From Christensenella sp. UBA4626 (GTDB lineage: Bacteria > Bacillota > Clostridia > Christensenellales > UBA1242): DNA of 64,000 nt. A program made the position numbers and the translations under genes. The notes beneath the pieces are model-generated. The model was not told where the DNA came from. It did not search any database and saw only the letters and a list, made by a program, of their open reading frames with translations. Numbering within the stretch: the first letter of the stretch is position 1; the number at the start of each line of letters is the position of its first letter. Positions 59,709 through 64,000 of this stretch are shown piece by piece. The stretch spans positions 23,349 through 87,348 of the forward strand of contig DHNC01000035.1 of NCBI GenBank assembly GCA_002406115.1. The letters run 5' to 3'.

Positions 59709-61058
59709 ATGGGATTTTTTCAAAATTTAAGTGATAGATTAAATCATATTTTCAGCAAAATGACAAAGCGTGGCAAACTCACCCAACTGGAAATTAAAGA
59801 GGCGATGCGAGAAATCCGTATTGCACTTTTGGAGGCGGATGTCAACTATTCAGTTGCCAAAGATTTTTGTGCACGTGTAAGCGAAAAAGCGCAAGGCGAG
59901 GAAATTTTAAAAAGCCTCACACCAACACAACAAGTTGTCAAAATTGTGCGTGACGAATTGACCGCACTTATGGGCGGTGAAAATCAAAAATTGGCAGTTG
60001 CACCAAAGCCACCGACAGTTATTATGATGTGCGGCTTGCAAGGTTCGGGCAAAACAACAATGTGCGGCAAATTGGCACTCAAACTCAAAAAAGAGGGCAA
60101 AAAACCGCTTTTGGTTGCGTGTGATATCTATCGTCCAGCTGCCATCGACCAACTTAAAGTTTTGGGCAAATCAATCCAAATTGACGTGTTTGAGCGTGGC
60201 ACACAAAATCCAACAAAAACAGTTAAAGAGGCAATTGCGTATGCAGAAAAATTTGCGCTTGACACAGTGATTGTCGACACGGCCGGCCGTTTGCAGATTG
60301 ACCAAAAATTGATGGAAGAATTAAAGGACATCAAAAAGGCAGTCAACCCGACCGAAATTTTGCTTGTTATCGACAGTATGATTGGGCAAGAGGCTGTATC
60401 AGTTTCAACTGCATTTAATGACGCCCTTGATGTTACAGGCGTGGTGCTTACAAAAACCGACGGCGACACTCGTGGCGGTGCAGCGCTTTCAATCCGCCAA
60501 GTCATTGGTAAACCTATCAAATTTGTCGGCGTGGGCGAAAAATTGACCGATTTGGAGCCATTCTATCCAGACCGCATGGCAAGCCGTATTTTAGGCATGG
60601 GGGATGTGCTTACTTTGATTGATAAGGCACAAGAAGCAGTTGACGAAAAAACCGCAGCGGAAATGGAACGCAAATTCCGCGAAAATAGTTTTGATTTCAA
60701 CGATTATATCTCTCAATTAGATTCGCTCAAAAAAATGGGCGGGCTTAAATCCGTGCTTGGTATGATGCCAGGGCTGGGCGGAAAATTGCGTGACCTTGAA
60801 AATCAAATTGATGAAAAACAACTTGAAAAAAACAAGGCAATTATTCAGTCAATGACAGATAAAGAACGCAAAAATCCAGATATAATCAATGGCAGCCGCC
60901 GCCAACGTATTGCAAAGGGTGCAGGCGTGCAAGTCAGCGATGTCAACCAACTCATCAAACAATTCAACCAATCCAAAGAAATGATGCGTATGATGAAAAA
61001 TCCAAAAGCATATGGTGGGAAAATGGCAATGATTAAAAAGTTAATGGGGCAACCATAA
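59709..61058 (+). CDS. ffh: Signal recognition particle protein Ffh
   Basis: GLQGSGKTT, DTAGR and TKTDGDTRGGAALS motifs, plus a Met-rich M domain. Confidence 0.95.
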   Translation: MGFFQNLSDRLNHIFSKMTKRGKLTQLEIKEAMREIRIALLEADVNYSVAKDFCARVSEKAQGEEILKSLTPTQQVVKIVRDELTALMGGENQKLAVAPKPPTVIMMCGLQGSGKTTMCGKLALKLKKEGKKPLLVACDIYRPAAIDQLKVLGKSIQIDVFERGTQNPTKTVKEAIAYAEKFALDTVIVDTAGRLQIDQKLMEELKDIKKAVNPTEILLVIDSMIGQEAVSVSTAFNDALDVTGVVLTKTDGDTRGGAALSIRQVIGKPIKFVGVGEKLTDLEPFYPDRMASRILGMGDVLTLIDKAQEAVDEKTAAEMERKFRENSFDFNDYISQLDSLKKMGGLKSVLGMMPGLGGKLRDLENQIDEKQLEKNKAIIQSMTDKERKNPDIINGSRRQRIAKGAGVQVSDVNQLIKQFNQSKEMMRMMKNPKAYGGKMAMIKKLMGQP

Positions 61059-61108
61059 TGCTTTTGGAAAAGCATTCATCATACTAGCCATAAAATATTA
61101 TATTTTAT

Positions 61109-61186
61109 ATGAAGATGTTAAAAAATCCGAAGGCAAACGGGGGAAAGTTTGCTGTTATGAAGAAATTGATGAACGGACAGTTCTAA
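61109..61186 (+). pseudogene. Diverged duplicate of the ffh 3' end (tail copy 2)
   Basis: Encodes MKMLKNPKANGGKFAVMKKLMNGQF*, compared with the Ffh end MRMMKNPKAYGGKMAMIKKLMGQP*. No SD. Confidence 0.7.
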
Positions 61187-61215
61187 TTTCACACGGTTGA
61201 ATTCGGATTTTTTAA
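61118..61215. repeat. 14-bp perfect inverted repeat pair (TTAAAAAATCCGAA / TTCGGATTTTTTAA), 70 nt apart
   Basis: Arms read directly at 61118-61131 and 61202-61215. Confidence 0.9.
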
Positions 61216-61245
61216 CGATTGATATGCCTAACGCCAGTTTGGCAT

Positions 61246-61317
61246 ATGCGTATGATGAAAAATCCAAAAGCGTATGGCGGAAAAATGGCGATGATTAAAA
61301 AGTTAATGGGACAATAA
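61246..61317 (+). pseudogene. Near-identical duplicate of the ffh 3' end (tail copy 3)
   Basis: Encodes MRMMKNPKAYGGKMAMIKKLMGQ*. Five third-position synonymous differences from 60984-61058 and one codon fewer. No SD. Confidence 0.75.
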
Positions 61318-61348
61318 CCATTTTGTTTAAAAAAAATTGCCAAACCGC

Positions 61349-61377
61349 TTGACATATATCAAAAAACATGATAAAGT
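61349..61377 (+). promoter_or_regulatory. Candidate promoter for the rpsP operon (TTGACA-17-TAAAGT with TGn extension)
   Basis: Hexamers at 61349-61354 and 61372-61377. TG at 61369-61370. Confidence 0.55.
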
Positions 61378-61429
61378 GTAAAGTGAAATTACTTTACAGA
61401 CGTAATTAAAAAGACAAAAGGAGAAGATT

Positions 61430-61723
61430 ATGGCAGTTAAAATTAGATTAACTCGTTTGGGCGACAAAAAATCACCTTTCTATCGTGTTGTTGTTGCAGA
61501 TTCTCGTGTTGCTCGTGATGGTAAATATATCGAACAAATCGGTACTTACAATCCACTTGCAAACCCAGCAGAAATCAAAATCAACAATGAACTCGCAGCA
61601 AAATGGTTAAAGAATGGTGCTGAACCAACTGAAACCGCAAAAACTTTGCTTCAAAAAGTTGGTGTTTTGGAAGTTAAAGGCAACAGCGCTCCAAAAACCA
61701 ATAACAAGAAAAAGAAAGCATAA
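61430..61723 (+). CDS. rpsP: 30S ribosomal protein S16
   Basis: [42 protein letters not shown]. Confidence 0.95.
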   Translation: MAVKIRLTRLGDKKSPFYRVVVADSRVARDGKYIEQIGTYNPLANPAEIKINNELAAKWLKNGAEPTETAKTLLQKVGVLEVKGNSAPKTNNKKKKA

Positions 61724-61733
61724 GGAGTAGACT

Positions 61734-61967
61734 ATGCAAGAGATGTTGGAATACATTGTTAAAAATCTTGTGTCAAATCCTGATGCTGTTGAAATTGTGG
61801 CTGAAAACCAAGGTAAGACCAAGGTATACAAAGTTAAAGTTGATAGCAAAGATTTGGGTTCTGTTATAGGCAGAGGCGGATGCATTGCAAACGCAATTCG
61901 CACAGTTGTTAAATCAACTGCTGGCGAACACGCACGCATTGTTATCAAGTTTGACGAAAAAGCGTAA
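61734..61967 (+). CDS. KH-domain RNA-binding protein (YlqC/UPF0109)
   Basis: 77 aa with the GSVIGRGGCIANAIR GXXG loop. Follows rpsP. Confidence 0.85.
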   Translation: MQEMLEYIVKNLVSNPDAVEIVAENQGKTKVYKVKVDSKDLGSVIGRGGCIANAIRTVVKSTAGEHARIVIKFDEKA

Positions 61968-61971
61968 CCAG

Positions 61972-61998
61972 AAATGCGAGTTTGGCTCGCATTTTTTG
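61972..61998 (+). terminator. Intrinsic terminator or attenuator after the KH gene
   Basis: AAATGCGAG/CTCGCATTT stem followed by a T-run. Confidence 0.7.
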
Positions 61999-62043
61999 TT
62001 TGAAAATTGCTTATAGTTTGTTATAATAAATTTAGAGAGTTTT

Positions 62044-62541
62044 ATGGAAAAGTTATTAGAAATTGCAAAAATAGTTCGCCCACATGGCGTTAAAGGTGCG
62101 GTTAAAATTGTCAAATATATTGACGACAATTTTTCACATTTTTCAAAGGTGTATATCGGTCAAAAATTGCAGCCTGCAAATATGAAGTTGGTTTCAAAAT
62201 TGAACAACGATGCCTGCGTTGTGATGTTGGATATAATCAAAAGTTGCGAGGACGCTGAGAAATTTAGAAATCAATCAATTTATATCGACCGAACCGAATA
62301 TGAAGAGTATGAGGACAAGATTTATTTGACAGATTTAATCAACAAACCTCTTGTCACAACTGCCGGCAAAGAGTTGGGCGTTTTGGTGGATATTGATGAT
62401 TATGGTGCCAGTTCGATACTCACTTTCAAATGTGGTGCCGTGAGTTATCAATTGCCATATGTCGAAGCGATTTTGACATATAATCAAGACCTTGATTCGT
62501 TTGTGATTGATGAACAAGTTTTTAAGGATATCAGGATATGA
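62044..62541 (+). CDS. rimM: 16S rRNA processing protein RimM
   Basis: IAKIVRPHGVKGAVKI N-terminus and a PRC-barrel C-terminus. Confidence 0.85.
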   Translation: MEKLLEIAKIVRPHGVKGAVKIVKYIDDNFSHFSKVYIGQKLQPANMKLVSKLNNDACVVMLDIIKSCEDAEKFRNQSIYIDRTEYEEYEDKIYLTDLINKPLVTTAGKELGVLVDIDDYGASSILTFKCGAVSYQLPYVEAILTYNQDLDSFVIDEQVFKDIRI

Positions 62542-63263
62542 AAATAGACATTTTGACGCTTTTTCCAGATATGTTTGCTCCATTAAAGGAAAGTATAATC
62601 AAGCGTGCAGTTGAGGATAAAAAAATAGAGATAAACATCACAAATATCCGTGATTTTGCTTTGCCACCACATTATAAATGCGATGATATGCCTTTTGGCG
62701 GCGGGGCAGGCATGGTGATGATGTGTGAGCCATTGTTTAAAGCAATCCAGTCGGTCAAAACTGACGATAGCACCATATTTTATATGTCCCCAAGGGGCAA
62801 AGTTTTCAATCAAGGCATGGCTAGAGGACTTGCAAAGGTTCAGCATCTGATTTTGATTTGTGGGCATTACGAAGGCGTCGACCAGCGTGTTTTGGATTAT
62901 TTCAATATTCAAGAACTTTCTATTGGCGATTATGTTTTGACAGGTGGCGAATTGCCTGCTATGGTGGTGGCCGATGCGATAATCCGATTGCTGCCCGGCG
63001 TGATAAGTGCAGACAGCACAGTCGAAGAAAGTTTCAGCCAAACCGAGCACGAAACTATCACAAAAGACGCAAGGGGCAAAAAAATCAAAAGCAAACAAAG
63101 TTTAACCTTGTTGGAGTATAATCAATACACCCGCCCATCGGATTTTAACGGCTTAAAGGTGCCTGACGTGCTGCTTTCCGGCAACCACAAAAAGATTGCT
63201 GAATTTAGGCAAAAACAGGCAATTGAAATCACAAAAGCAAATCGTCCAGACTTGCTTAAATAA
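62538..63263 (+). CDS. trmD: tRNA (guanine37-N1)-methyltransferase TrmD
   Basis: MKIDILTLFPDMF, GGGAGMVM, CGHYEGVDQRV and YTRP motifs. 4-nt overlap with rimM. Confidence 0.9.
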   Translation: MKIDILTLFPDMFAPLKESIIKRAVEDKKIEINITNIRDFALPPHYKCDDMPFGGGAGMVMMCEPLFKAIQSVKTDDSTIFYMSPRGKVFNQGMARGLAKVQHLILICGHYEGVDQRVLDYFNIQELSIGDYVLTGGELPAMVVADAIIRLLPGVISADSTVEESFSQTEHETITKDARGKKIKSKQSLTLLEYNQYTRPSDFNGLKVPDVLLSGNHKKIAEFRQKQAIEITKANRPDLLK

Positions 63264-63272
63264 GGATAGAAT

Positions 63273-63812
63273 ATGAACATATTTGTTATGCGACATGGCA
63301 CAACCGTTTGGAACGAGTTGGGCATAATTCAGGGTAGGTCAAACAACAGATTGAGCCAATCTGGCAAGCAACAAGTTGAAGATGTTGCCCAAAATTTTGC
63401 GGGTAAAGTTGACGTTATTATTTGCTCACCTTTGATGAGGACTGTCCAAACCGCAAATATCATGAACAAATACCTCCATGTCAATGTTATAAAAGATGAG
63501 AGGTTGACAGAAATTGACCAAGGGATATTCACCGCAAGATGTCCTTCAACTTTTTCTGAAAAGGAAAAACTTTTAAAGGGTGAACGAGCAAAATCAGCTG
63601 GCATGGAAACTTATGAGGAATGCTATAATCGAGCTAAAAAGTTTGTTTTGGAGTTGAAAAACGACACAAGGCACCAAAATGTTTTGATTGTAACGCATAG
63701 ATGTGTGGCAATGTTTATTGAGGACATTTTAAATGGCTTGGACTTTAAACTGCCAGATTTTAAAAGCACAAACAATTTTAGCAATGCGGAAATAAAACAA
63801 TTTAGAATATAA
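63273..63812 (+). CDS. Histidine phosphatase (phosphoglycerate mutase) family protein
   Basis: RHGTTVWN catalytic RHG motif and downstream ...VTHR. Confidence 0.8.
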   Translation: MNIFVMRHGTTVWNELGIIQGRSNNRLSQSGKQQVEDVAQNFAGKVDVIICSPLMRTVQTANIMNKYLHVNVIKDERLTEIDQGIFTARCPSTFSEKEKLLKGERAKSAGMETYEECYNRAKKFVLELKNDTRHQNVLIVTHRCVAMFIEDILNGLDFKLPDFKSTNNFSNAEIKQFRI

Positions 63813-63821
63813 GGAGGCAAA

Positions 63822-64000
63822 ATGGTTGAAAAAATCATTGATTTTGACAATATAAAAAATTTAAAAATTGACACGACTGTCACCAGAGTTAAGGCGTTTG
63901 TCTTTAACGGCGATTTTTTGTATCTTGACAAAATTGACTATGGTTATATGCTGCCTGGCGGTCATGTTGAAGAAAATGAAGATTTTGACCTTGCTTTGAT
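63822..64000 (+). CDS. NUDIX hydrolase, N-terminal part (runs off the window)
   Basis: ATG after the SD AAGGAGG. LPGGHVEENEDFDLAL is the start of a Nudix box. No stop before base 64000. Confidence 0.6.
   Translation, partial: MVEKIIDFDNIKNLKIDTTVTRVKAFVFNGDFLYLDKIDYGYMLPGGHVEENEDFDLAL

Noticed and set aside
62583-63098. 171-aa antisense ORF within trmD, plus similar shadow ORFs in parE/parC, smc, ffh and ylbJ (for example 31676-32167)
   Set aside because: All are nested in genes with clear catalytic motifs on the opposite strand, and none has recognisable motifs or ribosome-binding sites.

Overview
AT-rich chromosomal core region of an endospore-forming Firmicute (Clostridia-like). This is inferred from sporulation genes (ylmC/ymxH, yqfC, yqfD, ylbJ) and Bacillus-like local synteny: yqfC-yqfD-ybeY/era-yqzL-recO, rpoZ-priA-def-fmt-rlmN, rsmE-mtaB...rpsU, and smc-ftsY-ylxM-ffh-rpsP-KH-rimM-trmD. 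I can support about 67 protein genes, mostly on the + strand, plus two tRNAs (Cys-GCA, Leu-CAA), several near-consensus sigma-A promoters and about a dozen intrinsic terminators. I saw no CRISPR array, transposase, integrase or rRNA. Housekeeping content includes cell wall (murF-like, ddl), a type IIA topoisomerase pair (ParE/ParC-like), t6A synthesis (tsaE, tsaB-rimI), central metabolism (ppdK, pta, ackA, rpe, pdp), replication and repair (priA, pcrA, ligA, recO) and SRP/ribosome biogenesis. The most unusual signal is at 60984-61317. The last ~24 codons of ffh are present three times in series, each with its own stop. They are separated by short, highly structured spacers. The outermost copy differs from the in-gene copy only at synonymous sites, which looks like a fossil record of repeated integration or replacement at the ffh 3' end. 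Other notable items: a YbeY-Era fusion; a TsaB-RimI fusion; a Mur ligase whose N-terminal domain is replaced by a multi-pass membrane region; a protein built of eight exactly phased 28-residue repeats; a zinc-ribbon protein with a poly-Asp/Glu tract and seven phased 11-residue repeats; an ASCH-domain two-gene operon; and a small XRE module with an array of TTACCR-N6-YGGTAA palindromes. All functional calls come from reading motifs in the supplied translations; no database search was possible.
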